Source: Acidobacteriota bacterium (GTDB taxonomy: Bacteria; Acidobacteriota; UBA890; WLXD01). From it: a stretch of DNA of 64,000 nt. Numbering within the stretch: position 1 is the first letter of the stretch; each line of letters starts with the position of its first letter. The notes under the pieces are model-generated. The model searched no databases, was not told the DNA's origin, and saw nothing but the letters and a program-made list of their open reading frames with translations. The translations under genes and the position numbers were made by a program. This document shows, in pieces, positions 1 to 9,582 of the stretch. Where the stretch lies: assembly GCA_963666055.2 (NCBI GenBank), contig CAXWPH010000015.1, positions 2,048,001 through 2,112,000 on the forward strand. Reading direction: 5' to 3'.

Positions 1-1031
1 GTCAGATCGAGGTCCACAGTCAAGCGAGGCTCGACTCGGATACGTACATCCGACCGACCGCTCTTGCCGTTCGGAGCGGTCACGGAAGCGACCACCCGGT
101 AGTTGCCGGGATCCCGGAACGTGTGCTCAACAGAGCTCGGCCCCGTGACCTCGCCGACATTCGTGCTGCGTCCGTCGCCCCAATCGATGCGCACGTTGCC
201 GCTTGCTTGTGGGAGTCGCGCACGATCTAGCGCGACTCTGAAGCTCAGAGGCTCGCGCGCGTAGGTCTCGAGGGCGGCTGCGGTCAACGAGATGACAATT
301 TCGGCGGTGTCTTTGACGTGCAGCGACGTCGTCTTGCTGCTCACCTCGCCGCCGCCGGTGAAGAGCGATGTCACGACGTTGAAGAAAGACGCTTCTCGAT
401 AGCTGTGCTCGACCGTCGCGCGACGCCTGAAGTCGGGAATACGCGTCGCCTTGCCGTCGCCGAACTCGACCTTCAGCGCTCCCTCCGCGGCGCTACCGTC
501 TTCGTTGGTGGCGATCACTTTGATTCGCACCGGTTTGTTGAGCTCGGCTGGTCTGGGCGTGAACTCGATCTCGAACTTCACCTTGCCGGTAGGCACCACC
601 TCGTCGCCTACCTCTAGGCGGCCAGGGGTCGACTCCGTCAACACGATTCCGGCCGCCTTGATGGCGGCAGTTACCTCGGTGGTTGCGGTGGTGCGCAGCG
701 TCACACGCGCTTTGCCGTCGGCGTCGGTGTTGGCTGTGTCCCCGCTTGGGAAGTCCCCCGTGGTAGCCGAAAAGGTGACCAGGATTTCGGATTCGGGCGC
801 ATCGGCTACCAGCACCGTAGCCTCGACCACGACGTCACCACCGCCTTCGGGCAGCGAGCTGGGGGTCATCGACAGCGTGATGGAGCGCTGCAGGGCGCCG
901 GTCGCCGGCTCGGTGAGGCTCTCTAGGATCTGGCATGCGGACAGGGCCATCGCCAGTGTGCCGAACAGGAGCAGCCGAAACGGGACCCCGCAGAAAAGGG
1001 CCTGTCGTCGCGTTTGGTTTAGAGAGCCCAC
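1..1031 (-). CDS. Lipoprotein with an Ig-like (Big_1-type) domain and PKD domains; 3' end runs off the window
   Basis: Not in the ORF track; translated by hand from GTG 1031. Lipobox LAMALSAC, 'ANTDADGKARVTL' (invasin/Big_1-like), PKD-like 'VEFGDG...VEHSY' and 'IDWGDG...VEHTFRDPGNYRV'; GGAGG upstream. Confidence 0.8.
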   Translation of the reverse strand, partial: MGSLNQTRRQALFCGVPFRLLLFGTLAMALSACQILESLTEPATGALQRSITLSMTPSSLPEGGGDVVVEATVLVADAPESEILVTFSATTGDFPSGDTANTDADGKARVTLRTTATTEVTAAIKAAGIVLTESTPGRLEVGDEVVPTGKVKFEIEFTPRPAELNKPVRIKVIATNEDGSAAEGALKVEFGDGKATRIPDFRRRATVEHSYREASFFNVVTSLFTGGGEVSSKTTSLHVKDTAEIVISLTAAALETYAREPLSFRVALDRARLPQASGNVRIDWGDGRSTNVGEVTGPSSVEHTFRDPGNYRVVASVTAPNGKSGRSDVRIRVEPRLTVDLDL

Positions 1032-1133
1032 AACTACGATCCCCCAGCCTCCCCGTGATATGAAAAGCACTTTGAAACATAACCAGCCCCTTACTTAGCA
1101 TAACAAATCAGTATTAGTTAGTATCAAGTATCT

Positions 1134-1155
1134 GTTGATATCCGACGATATCAAC
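1134..1155. promoter_or_regulatory. Perfect inverted repeat GTTGATATC-N4-GATATCAAC in an AT-rich divergent intergenic region
   Basis: Read directly; lies between divergent starts at 1031 and 1386. Confidence 0.4.
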
Positions 1156-1385
1156 GAGAGTCAGGGGTGCCCGGCAGCGTCCAAATGGGACCTGAGCAGC
1201 ACGACTCTGGCGCCTCGCCCGGGCGTCGCCGTCGGGAAGTGCGGGCCGTCGGTGCCCTGGTTGCCGGTGAGGCACTGCCACCCGCGCAGCCGACGCGAGC
1301 GCCCGACTGGTAGGATTCTTGCGCTCACCTACTCGCGTTTGGCCGGGCGCGAGGCGTTACCGACCACGATCCCGCTGGCTCGCCG

Positions 1386-2489
1386 ATGTCCGCACGAAGA
1401 CTTCTCGTCACCGGAGGCGCCGGGTTCATCGGCGCCAATTTCGTGCATCGCTGGTGTGCCCGGCATCCCGACGATCGTGTCGTGGTGGTGGACGCGCTCA
1501 CCTACGCCGGCAATCGCGCCACCCTGAAGTCCCTCGACGACAACCCCGGCTTTCGCTTCGTCCAGGCTGACATCACCGAGCTGACGACGATGCGAGAGAT
1601 CCTGCGTCAGGAGTCGATCGATACTCTGGTGCATTTCGCTGCCGAATCGCATGTGGATCGATCGATCGAGGGTCCGGGAGAGTTCGTCCGCACAAACCTC
1701 GTCGGCACCTGGACGCTCCTGGAGGCGGCGCGGAGCGAGTGGATCAAAGCGCAGCCGCGCGCCCATCGGTTCCACCACGTATCTACCGACGAGGTGTACG
1801 GCAGCCTCGGCAGCGATGACCCGGCGTTCAGCGAGGCCAACCGGTACGAGCCCAACTCCCCCTATGCGGCTAGCAAGGCGGGCTCAGATCATTTGGTGCG
1901 AGCCTACTTCCATACGTACGGGCTCCAGGTCACCACCAGCAACTGCTCCAACAACTACGGTCCCTACCAGTTCCCCGAGAAGCTCATTCCGTTGATGATC
2001 GTCAACCTGCTAGCCGGCAAGGAGCTGCCGGTGTACGGCGACGGCATGAACGTGCGCGACTGGCTACACGTGGACGATCATTGTGCTGGCATCGAGTGCA
2101 TCCTCGAGCGCGGGCGGGTTGGGGAGACCTACAACATCGGCGGCGGCAACGAGTGGCGGAACATCGACCTCGTGCAGTTGGTTTGCCATTTGATGGACGA
2201 GGAGCTTGCGTCCGACGCGGCGCTAGCGCGACAGTTCCCCGATTGCGCGCCGGCGAGCGGCGGCAGCTGTGCGGACAGCATTCGTTTCGTGCGCGATCGC
2301 CCCGGGCACGATCGGCGCTACGCGATCGACGGCTCGAAGCTTGACCGAGAGCTTGCGTTCACGGCTTCTACGCTCTTCGAGGATGGGCTCCGCGCCACCC
2401 TTCGCTGGTACCTCGACAACGAGGAATGGTGGAGGGCGATCCTCGACGGTAGCTACCGTGAGTGGGTCGCCAAGCAATACCAGGAATGA
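1386..2489 (+). CDS. rfbB: dTDP-glucose 4,6-dehydratase
   Basis: TGGAGFIG, HFAAESHVDRSI, HVSTDEVYG, YAASK, NNYGPYQFPEKLIP, DRPGHDRRY. Confidence 0.97.
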   Translation: MSARRLLVTGGAGFIGANFVHRWCARHPDDRVVVVDALTYAGNRATLKSLDDNPGFRFVQADITELTTMREILRQESIDTLVHFAAESHVDRSIEGPGEFVRTNLVGTWTLLEAARSEWIKAQPRAHRFHHVSTDEVYGSLGSDDPAFSEANRYEPNSPYAASKAGSDHLVRAYFHTYGLQVTTSNCSNNYGPYQFPEKLIPLMIVNLLAGKELPVYGDGMNVRDWLHVDDHCAGIECILERGRVGETYNIGGGNEWRNIDLVQLVCHLMDEELASDAALARQFPDCAPASGGSCADSIRFVRDRPGHDRRYAIDGSKLDRELAFTASTLFEDGLRATLRWYLDNEEWWRAILDGSYREWVAKQYQE

Positions 2490-4198
2490 AACGCTGCCCG
2501 ACCGAGCTGCAAGCGCGCCAGTACGACGTTCTGATCGTCGGTGCCGGCATCACCGGCGCCTGTCTTGCGTTCGATGCAGCCCTGCGGGGGCTGACGGTCG
2601 CTCTTATCGACAAGGGCGACTTCGGTGCCGCTACCTCGGCGTCGTCGTCCAAGCTCCTTCACGGTGGCCTGCGCTACCTTCAGCAGCTGCGCTTCGACAA
2701 GGTGCGGGAGTCGGCACAGGAGCGAATCTACTTTCAGAACCTGGCGCCGCACTTGACGCACTACGTCCCCTTCGTCGTGCCGACATACCGCAGCGTCTCC
2801 AAGAGCAAGACGCTGCTGAACGCCGGGATGCTGCTGTATACGATCGTGTGCGCCGGCCAGCGCCGCCTGCTTCGTGATCCGGGCAAGCGTGTGCCGGCGG
2901 GTCGCGGGCTGCGGCCCGCGCAAGTCCTGGCGAGGATTCCGGGTCTCTCGCCTGCGGGTCTCACCGGCGGTCGCTTGTTTTACGAGAGCCACATGTGTAG
3001 CTCAGAGCGCATGACCCTGGCCTTCGTCGACAGCGCCTCCCGCGCCGGGGCCGTCGTGGTCAACTACATTGCCGCAGATCGCTTTCTGGTGGTCGGCGAC
3101 AGGGTTTGCGGCGTCGAGGCAACCGATCGCATGGGCAGCAGCTTCGGCGACGGCAGCGGCGATACGTTCGAGATTCGCGCCAGCGTAGTAGTGAACGCCG
3201 CCGGACCGTGGATCCGGCGGCTGAACGCTCAGCTCGAGAGCCGCTCGGTCACCGCGATACTGACCGGGATGTCGAAGGGCACTCACATCGTCACCCGACC
3301 GCTGACCGACGGTTGCGCGGTGGCGCTCCCGACGCGCCGACCGAGTCAGTCGGTAATCGATCGAGGTGGGCGCCACGTGTTCATTATCCCGTGGCGCGGA
3401 CACTCGCTCATCGGCACGACGTACGGGCCCTACCACGGCGACCTCGACGACCTGCAGCCCACCGTCGACGACGCCCAGGAGCTAATCGAAGAGATCAACT
3501 CGGCACTGGGGCGTGGCACGCTGTCGCTGTCCGACGTGCGATATGCGTTCGCGGGCTTGTACCCGTTGGTCGATGAACAGATCCGACCCGCCGTCTACCA
3601 GGGTACCGGCGAGTACCGCGTCGTCGACCACGAGGAGACCGACGGCGTCGCGGGGTTGTTCTCCGTTTTCGGCGCCAAGTACACCACTGCTCGGCTGCTG
3701 GCGGAGCGTGCCGTTGACCGCATTGTCGCCAGTCTGGGCAAAGGCGCTGCGTGCGGGCGAACGCGCCAGGTGAGCCTGGCGTCGGGAGACATTCCGGATC
3801 TGGCGCAGTTCCGCGAGCGTCAACGCAGGCGCCACGCGATGTTACCGGAGGCGACCGTAGATTACTTGGTGAACAGCTACGGCACCGCCTGTGGTGCGGT
3901 GGTGTCACTGGTTGAATCGGTCGCTGGGCTCGGCGAATCCCTCGCCGCGGGTGGCGACGCGATCGCCGCGGAGGCCGTCTGGGCGGCGCGTTCGGAGATG
4001 GCCTGCCACCTTGACGACTTCGTCTTTCGGCGTTCCGGTCTCGGTACGCTCGGTCATCCTGGCTCGGAGGCACTCGATCGGGCAGCATCGCTCATGGGTG
4101 CCGAGCTGGGATGGGACCCAGTGCGCCGATCGGCAGAGGTCGAGCATGTGGTGCGACAATTCCCCGACTATCGGGGTCTGGAACGCGGCGCTCAATGA
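2486..4198 (+). CDS. FAD-dependent oxidoreductase, glycerol-3-phosphate dehydrogenase (GlpD)-like
   Basis: GAGITG, DFGAATSASSSKLLHGGLRYL, VNAAGPW, SKGTHIV, GAKYTTAR; ATGA overlap with rfbB. Confidence 0.88.
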   Translation: MKRCPTELQARQYDVLIVGAGITGACLAFDAALRGLTVALIDKGDFGAATSASSSKLLHGGLRYLQQLRFDKVRESAQERIYFQNLAPHLTHYVPFVVPTYRSVSKSKTLLNAGMLLYTIVCAGQRRLLRDPGKRVPAGRGLRPAQVLARIPGLSPAGLTGGRLFYESHMCSSERMTLAFVDSASRAGAVVVNYIAADRFLVVGDRVCGVEATDRMGSSFGDGSGDTFEIRASVVVNAAGPWIRRLNAQLESRSVTAILTGMSKGTHIVTRPLTDGCAVALPTRRPSQSVIDRGGRHVFIIPWRGHSLIGTTYGPYHGDLDDLQPTVDDAQELIEEINSALGRGTLSLSDVRYAFAGLYPLVDEQIRPAVYQGTGEYRVVDHEETDGVAGLFSVFGAKYTTARLLAERAVDRIVASLGKGAACGRTRQVSLASGDIPDLAQFRERQRRRHAMLPEATVDYLVNSYGTACGAVVSLVESVAGLGESLAAGGDAIAAEAVWAARSEMACHLDDFVFRRSGLGTLGHPGSEALDRAASLMGAELGWDPVRRSAEVEHVVRQFPDYRGLERGAQ

Positions 4199-5409
4199 GA
4201 TCCGCAGACGGCCACCCGACCACCCCCCGGATGCGCGTCCTGCACATCGGCCCGACGCCTTTCTTTTCCGACCGCGGCTGTCACATCCGTATCCACGGCC
4301 TGATCCGCGCGCTGCAGCGCAGCGGCCTGGAATGCTGGCTATGTACGTACCAGCACGGTCGCGACGTGGAGGGAATCGACACCGAGCGCATACCGCGAGT
4401 TCCCGGATACAACCACGTCGACGCGGGTCCGTCGCCGTTCAAGTACGTCGCCGATGTGATGCTGTTCTTCAAGGTGTGCGGTTCGATTGCGCGCCGTCGG
4501 CCCGACGTGCTGCACGGTCACCTCCACGAAGGCGCCTTGATCGGGTGGGCCGCCCGGACGGTGTTCTTCTGGCGCCGTCTGCCTTTGGTCTTCGATATGC
4601 AGGGCAGCCTGACGGGCGAGCTCGAGGCGTACGGTTATTTCAATCGCCTGCAGCTGCTGCGCTGGCTGTTCGAGCGCGCCGAATGGCTCATCGATCGGCT
4701 TCCGGAGCACATCGTCTGCTCTTCCCCGAGCAGCCTTGAGATCACCCGCGATCGCTTTGGCGTGCCCGCCGGGCGCCTGCATCTCGTTGCCGACGGGGTC
4801 GACGTGCAGGCGCCGTCCGCGGCGTCCGTGGATCGGTTGCGCGACGAGCTGGGGCTGCCCGCAGGGCTGCCGGTGATCGTCTACTCCGGATCCCTGCTGG
4901 CGGTGAAAGGAGTTGAGGCTCTGCACGCCGCAATCTTACGCTCCGCGGAGCGCGACCTGCCGGTGCATTTCCTCGTCGTCGGTTATCCGACGAGCGAGAC
5001 TGCGGCATTTCTTCGATCGCGGGGACTCGAGTCCCGCTGCACGATTACTGGGCGCGTTCCGTTCGACACCATCGGCAAATACCTGGCGCTCGCCAGTGCG
5101 GCGCTCGAGCCCAAGGAGAACGATAGCGGTGAAGCCAGCGGCAAGCTGCTCAACTACATGGCAGCCGGGCTGCCGGTGGCTTGTTTCGACACCCCCAACA
5201 ACCGGATCATTCTGGCAGATAGTGGCTGCTATGCTTCCTCGGGTTCAGTCGACCAGCTTGTCGACTGCATCGAAACCCTGACCACATCGCCCGAAGTCGC
5301 CAGCGAGCTGGGCGAGCGTGGTCGGGCGCGAGCGCGAGCCGAGTTCTCCTGGGACGCCTCCGCTGCAGCTCTGCAGCGCATCTACGGCGCCCAACGCATC
5401 GAGATCTGA
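4195..5409 (+). CDS. Glycosyltransferase family 4
   Basis: PTPFFSDRGCHIRI, YSGSLLAVKG, KLLNYMAAGLPV, FSW near the C-terminus; ATGA overlap. Confidence 0.92.
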   Translation: MRSADGHPTTPRMRVLHIGPTPFFSDRGCHIRIHGLIRALQRSGLECWLCTYQHGRDVEGIDTERIPRVPGYNHVDAGPSPFKYVADVMLFFKVCGSIARRRPDVLHGHLHEGALIGWAARTVFFWRRLPLVFDMQGSLTGELEAYGYFNRLQLLRWLFERAEWLIDRLPEHIVCSSPSSLEITRDRFGVPAGRLHLVADGVDVQAPSAASVDRLRDELGLPAGLPVIVYSGSLLAVKGVEALHAAILRSAERDLPVHFLVVGYPTSETAAFLRSRGLESRCTITGRVPFDTIGKYLALASAALEPKENDSGEASGKLLNYMAAGLPVACFDTPNNRIILADSGCYASSGSVDQLVDCIETLTTSPEVASELGERGRARARAEFSWDASAAALQRIYGAQRIEI

Positions 5410-5414
5410 CGACG

Positions 5415-6398
5415 ATGAAAATCCTGGTCACCGGTGGCACCGGGTTCACCGGCAAGGCACTCGTCAAGCGGCTACTCGACGACGGTCACCAGGTGGTGGC
5501 GCTCGACTACAAAGAAGGCGTCAAGACGCAAGAGCTGCGCGACTGGGGTGCCGAGGTGGTGATCGGTAGCGTGACCGACGCAGAGGTAGTGGCGCGCTGC
5601 ACCGAAGGCGTCGACGTTGTCCACCATCTGGCGGCGGCCTTCCGCGAGCTCGACGTGCCGAACAGCTACTACGACGAGGTCAACGTCGGAGGCACGCGCA
5701 CCGTACTCGAGGCGTCGCTGCGGCACGGCGTCAAGAAGCTGATCTACTGCAGCACGTGCGGCGTACACGGCAACGTAGACCACCCTCCCGCCACCGAGGA
5801 CGCGCCGATCAACGCTGCCGACTACTACCAGCAGACTAAGTACGACGCTGAGCCCGTTGTGCTCGAGTATCCGTCGCGCGGGCTGCCGACCGTCGTCTTG
5901 CGACCGGCGGCGATCTACGGCCCGGGCGACCCGGAACGCTTCTTCATGATCTTCCGCCGGGTCAGCAACGGCTCCTTTCCGATGTTCGGCGGCGGCCGCA
6001 CCCTCTACCATCCGTTGTACATAGACAGCCTGGTCGACGCCTTGGTGTTGGCAGAGGAGCCGGGTAGGGGCGATGGTGAGGCCTACCTGATCGCCGACGC
6101 AGAGTACGTATCGATCGAGGATCTCGTACGTGCGGTGGGTGAGGCCATGGACGTCGATGTGAAGATTCGCCACTTCCCGGTCTGGCCGCTGGTGATCGCC
6201 GGCCACGTTTTCGAGAAGGTCTGCAAGCCGCTCCGCATCGCCCCGCCGATCTTCCCCCGGCGCGTCGACTGGTACCGCCAGAATCGTGCCTTCGATATCT
6301 CCAAGGCGCGCCGCGATCTCGGTTACGCTCCGAGTGTAGGTCTCGATGAGGGCTTGCGCCGAACCGCCGACTGGTACCGGGACGAGGGATATCTCTAG
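5415..6398 (+). CDS. NAD-dependent epimerase/dehydratase
   Basis: TGGTGFTG, HHLAAA, YQQTK (YxxxK), RPAAIYGPGD. Confidence 0.92.
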   Translation: MKILVTGGTGFTGKALVKRLLDDGHQVVALDYKEGVKTQELRDWGAEVVIGSVTDAEVVARCTEGVDVVHHLAAAFRELDVPNSYYDEVNVGGTRTVLEASLRHGVKKLIYCSTCGVHGNVDHPPATEDAPINAADYYQQTKYDAEPVVLEYPSRGLPTVVLRPAAIYGPGDPERFFMIFRRVSNGSFPMFGGGRTLYHPLYIDSLVDALVLAEEPGRGDGEAYLIADAEYVSIEDLVRAVGEAMDVDVKIRHFPVWPLVIAGHVFEKVCKPLRIAPPIFPRRVDWYRQNRAFDISKARRDLGYAPSVGLDEGLRRTADWYRDEGYL

Positions 6399-6757
6399 CA
6401 GGCCGTGGCGAAAGTGTGGTGGGTCTGGCGACAGGGTGTTGCGAAGTGGAGGCAAGGAGAAGAGGAGGAGGCGATGGTTGCCCCATCGTTGACGAGGAAC
6501 GACGCAGCATACGCGCGCAACCCCCTGTCGCCCGAAGGGTTACGGTGATTTGGGGCCATCTGCAGCGTTGGCCTTCCTCGACGATGGCCGGGGCATCGCC
6601 CGTGTCAGGCCGCCTTCCATCTGGCCCCAACTCGCCGCAACCAGGCCCGCCACACTTCCACCACGGCCTGCTAGGGCATCGCCTGTGTCAGGCTGCCTTG
6701 CATCTGGCCCCAACTCGCCGTAACCAGACCCACCACACTTTCACCACGGCCTGCTAG
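6395..6757. mobile_element. Non-autonomous MITE/REPIN-like palindromic element with CTAG ends
   Basis: Left end CTAGCAGGCCGTGGCGAAAGTGTGGTGGGTCTGG is the reverse complement (1 mismatch in 34) of right end CCAGACCCACCACACTTTCACCACGGCCTGCTAG; internal nested hairpins; no transposase. Confidence 0.85.
6592..6757 (+). repeat. Imperfect tandem duplication (2 x 83 bp) of the element's right end
   Basis: GGCATCGCC...CACGGCCTGCTAG at 6592-6674 and 6675-6757. Confidence 0.92.
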
Positions 6758-6761
6758 CGCG

Positions 6762-8714
6762 ATGTGCGGCATCACCGGCATCCTGACCCGCGATCACCAC
6801 GATGTGGTGGGACCGATGACAGAGGCGCTGTCGCATCGAGGGCCCGACGGTGACGGCTTCTTCCGCGACGCATCGATGGCGTTGGGCCACCGGCGCCTGA
6901 GCATCATCGATGTCGCCGGCGGTGCGCAGCCGATCGCCAACGAGGACGACAGCATCCAAATGGTGTCCAACGGCGAGATCTACAACTCGCCGGCGCTGCG
7001 ACAGCAACTCGAGGCTGCGGGGCATGTATTCCGCACCCGTACGGACGTGGAGACCATCCTCCACCTGTATGAAGACCATGGTCCCGACTGCGTCAAGCAT
7101 CTGCGCGGTCAGTTCGCGTTCGCGATCTGGGATAGCCCCCGACGCCGGCTCGTGCTGGCCCGCGACCACATGGGCCAGAAGCCGCTTTTCTTTGCTCAGG
7201 TCGACGGCCAGCTGTTGTTTGCCAGCGAGATCAAGGCGTTGCTCGCCTCGGGACTGGTCGATCGGCGACCGGATCTGAACGCGCTCTGGCACTATACGTC
7301 GCTGCGTTTCATCCCTGACCGGTACTCGCTCTTCGAGGGCATCCAGAAACTGCCCGCAGCGTCGCGGTTGATCTGGCAAGACGGCAAGGTCGAGATCGAC
7401 CGGTACTGGAGCTTCGACTTCAACGACAAGCTCGAAGCGAGCGAGTCGGAAGTGGCCGACCGCCTCGAGGCGCTGCTGCTCGAGACCGTTCAGATGCACA
7501 TGCTCAGCGACGTGCCGGTCGGCGCGTTCCTGAGCGGTGGGATCGACTCGAGCCTGATCGCGGCGATGATGTCGCGGGTGGGGAATGCCCCCATTCCTAC
7601 CTTCTCCATCGGCGTGCAGGAGCAGGACTACAACGAGCTGCCGTACGCGCGCATGGTGAACGAGCAGTACGGGCTCGCCGCCAACGAGCGCATCGTCAAA
7701 GCCGATCTGATCCACTTGATGCCGAAGATGGTCTACCACCTCGATGAGCCGTCCGATCCCTTCGGCGTTGGCGTCTACCTCGTTTCCGAGGTGGCAGCCG
7801 AGCAGGTAAAGGTGGTGCTCTCGGGTGACGGCGGCGACGAGAACTTCGCCGGCTACGATCGCTTCGCTGGCCAGCGCTTGGTCGACCTCTACTGCCTGCT
7901 GCCGGACTTCCTGCGCCGCCAGGTCATGCGGCGCCTCGTCCGACTTGTCCCCGAGTCGTTCGGCTACAAGAGCCTGGCGCAGAAGTTGATGTGGGTAAAT
8001 GAGATGTCCTTCTACAAAAGCGGCGCGCGTTACGCGCATGCGATGAGCTTCCTGCGCTTTACGCGGGAAGCCAAGGAGCAGCTGTTTACCGCCGAAGCTC
8101 GCGCCCAGATCGACGACGACGACTCAGTAGCGAAGATCCTGCGGTGGTTCGACGCCGAAGGCGTGGATGATCTTGTCGATCGCATGCTCTACACCGACCT
8201 CAACACGCGCATGCCCGACCACCTGCTACCGATCGTCGATCGGATGTCGATGGCGCACTCGCTGGAGGCGCGTCCGCCGCTGATTGACTACAAGGTGGTC
8301 GAGTTTGCCGCATCGATCCCCGGCGCCATGAAGCTCCAGGGTCGCAACCTCAAGCACATCCTGAAGGTAGTGGCGGCGCGCTACCTGCCGCGCGAGCTCA
8401 TCGACCGTCAGAAACAGGGCTTCGGTTTTCCGCTCGGCCGCTGGATGCGCACCGACTTGCAGCCATTCATACGCAACCTGTTCGCCGAATCACGCTTCAT
8501 CGATCAAGGTATCTTCGACGCCGGCCACGTGCACGGAATCATCGACGAGCACATGGCCGGCGGCGCCAACCACGACTACCGGCTGTGGATCCTGATCAAT
8601 CTCGAGTTCTGGCATCGGCTCTACTTCGAGAACGAGAGCGTCGATTCACTGCTCGAGCTCACCGACCGCTTGTCGGGCACGGCGCCCCATGGCTTCGCCA
8701 GGGCGACGGCATAG
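6762..8714 (+). CDS. asnB: Asparagine synthase (glutamine-hydrolysing) family amidotransferase
   Basis: MCGITG, HRGPDG, HRRLSIID, NGEIYN, LSGGIDSS, LSGDGGDE. Confidence 0.95.
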   Translation: MCGITGILTRDHHDVVGPMTEALSHRGPDGDGFFRDASMALGHRRLSIIDVAGGAQPIANEDDSIQMVSNGEIYNSPALRQQLEAAGHVFRTRTDVETILHLYEDHGPDCVKHLRGQFAFAIWDSPRRRLVLARDHMGQKPLFFAQVDGQLLFASEIKALLASGLVDRRPDLNALWHYTSLRFIPDRYSLFEGIQKLPAASRLIWQDGKVEIDRYWSFDFNDKLEASESEVADRLEALLLETVQMHMLSDVPVGAFLSGGIDSSLIAAMMSRVGNAPIPTFSIGVQEQDYNELPYARMVNEQYGLAANERIVKADLIHLMPKMVYHLDEPSDPFGVGVYLVSEVAAEQVKVVLSGDGGDENFAGYDRFAGQRLVDLYCLLPDFLRRQVMRRLVRLVPESFGYKSLAQKLMWVNEMSFYKSGARYAHAMSFLRFTREAKEQLFTAEARAQIDDDDSVAKILRWFDAEGVDDLVDRMLYTDLNTRMPDHLLPIVDRMSMAHSLEARPPLIDYKVVEFAASIPGAMKLQGRNLKHILKVVAARYLPRELIDRQKQGFGFPLGRWMRTDLQPFIRNLFAESRFIDQGIFDAGHVHGIIDEHMAGGANHDYRLWILINLEFWHRLYFENESVDSLLELTDRLSGTAPHGFARATA

Positions 8715-8787
8715 GGATTTGCGGGGAGTAAGCGGAGCGCTTCTCCGCGTGACCCCCAGCGACAGGGTCCGTTAGGGTGTTAGACAC

Positions 8788-9582
8788 ATGGCCAAACAGA
8801 CGAAGACGCAGACGACCATCACGGAGGGCGGGTCGGCGTTGCAGCGCTACCGTCGCGTGATCGTCGGGCAGCCCGGCTGGGGCGGGCTCGTCTATTTCGA
8901 GATCTGTGCCTGGCTAGCGATCATTCCGGGCGCGCTGGGGCTGTTCCTGCGCAAGAGCCTGTGGCCGGGGCTGCTCGGCAACTGCGGCAAGGGGGTGGTG
9001 TTCGGGGCCAACGTGATTCTGCGCCATCCGCACCGCATCCATCTGGGCAACCGGGTGGTGGTGAGCGATGGCTGTATTCTCGACGCTCGCAACGAGGATG
9101 CCGCCAAGGCGATCGACATCAGCGACGACGTGATCCTGGCCAACAACGTGACGCTCTCGTGCAAAGGAGGGACCGTGCGGATCGGTGCGGGCTCCGGGAT
9201 TGGCACCCAGACCGTCATCCACGCGGTCAACGGCTGCCGCGTCGAGCTCGGAGCCGATCAGATCATCGGGCCGGGTTGTTACATCGCCGGGGGCGGTAAC
9301 TACGATATCGATCGCCTCGATCTATCGATGGCCCAACAGGGACTGCGCGAGTCGGAAGAGGGGGTGATCCTCGAGGGCGACAACTGGCTCGGGGCGAAGG
9401 TCTCGATTCTTCCGGGAGTGACCATGGGCCGCGGTAGCGTCGCTGCGGCGGGCGCCGTGGTGACGACCTCGGTGCCGCCGATGGCGGTTTGCGGCGGGGT
9501 GCCCGCCAGAGTCATTCGCACTCGCGGAGGCGCCGCCGATGCCAAGCGGCCCCCGGTTAGCTCGGCTGACGCGAGCGAGTGA
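8788..9582 (+). CDS. Hexapeptide-repeat acyltransferase
   Basis: Left-handed beta-helix repeats; WLGAKVSILPGVTMGRGSVAAAGAVVT...GGVPARVIR. Confidence 0.9.
   Translation: MAKQTKTQTTITEGGSALQRYRRVIVGQPGWGGLVYFEICAWLAIIPGALGLFLRKSLWPGLLGNCGKGVVFGANVILRHPHRIHLGNRVVVSDGCILDARNEDAAKAIDISDDVILANNVTLSCKGGTVRIGAGSGIGTQTVIHAVNGCRVELGADQIIGPGCYIAGGGNYDIDRLDLSMAQQGLRESEEGVILEGDNWLGAKVSILPGVTMGRGSVAAAGAVVTTSVPPMAVCGGVPARVIRTRGGAADAKRPPVSSADASE

Noticed and set aside
451-1098. 215-aa + strand ORF
   Set aside because: Antisense shadow of the minus-strand lipoprotein
6592-6757. CRISPR-like repeats
   Set aside because: Only two adjacent 83-bp copies with no spacers and no cas genes
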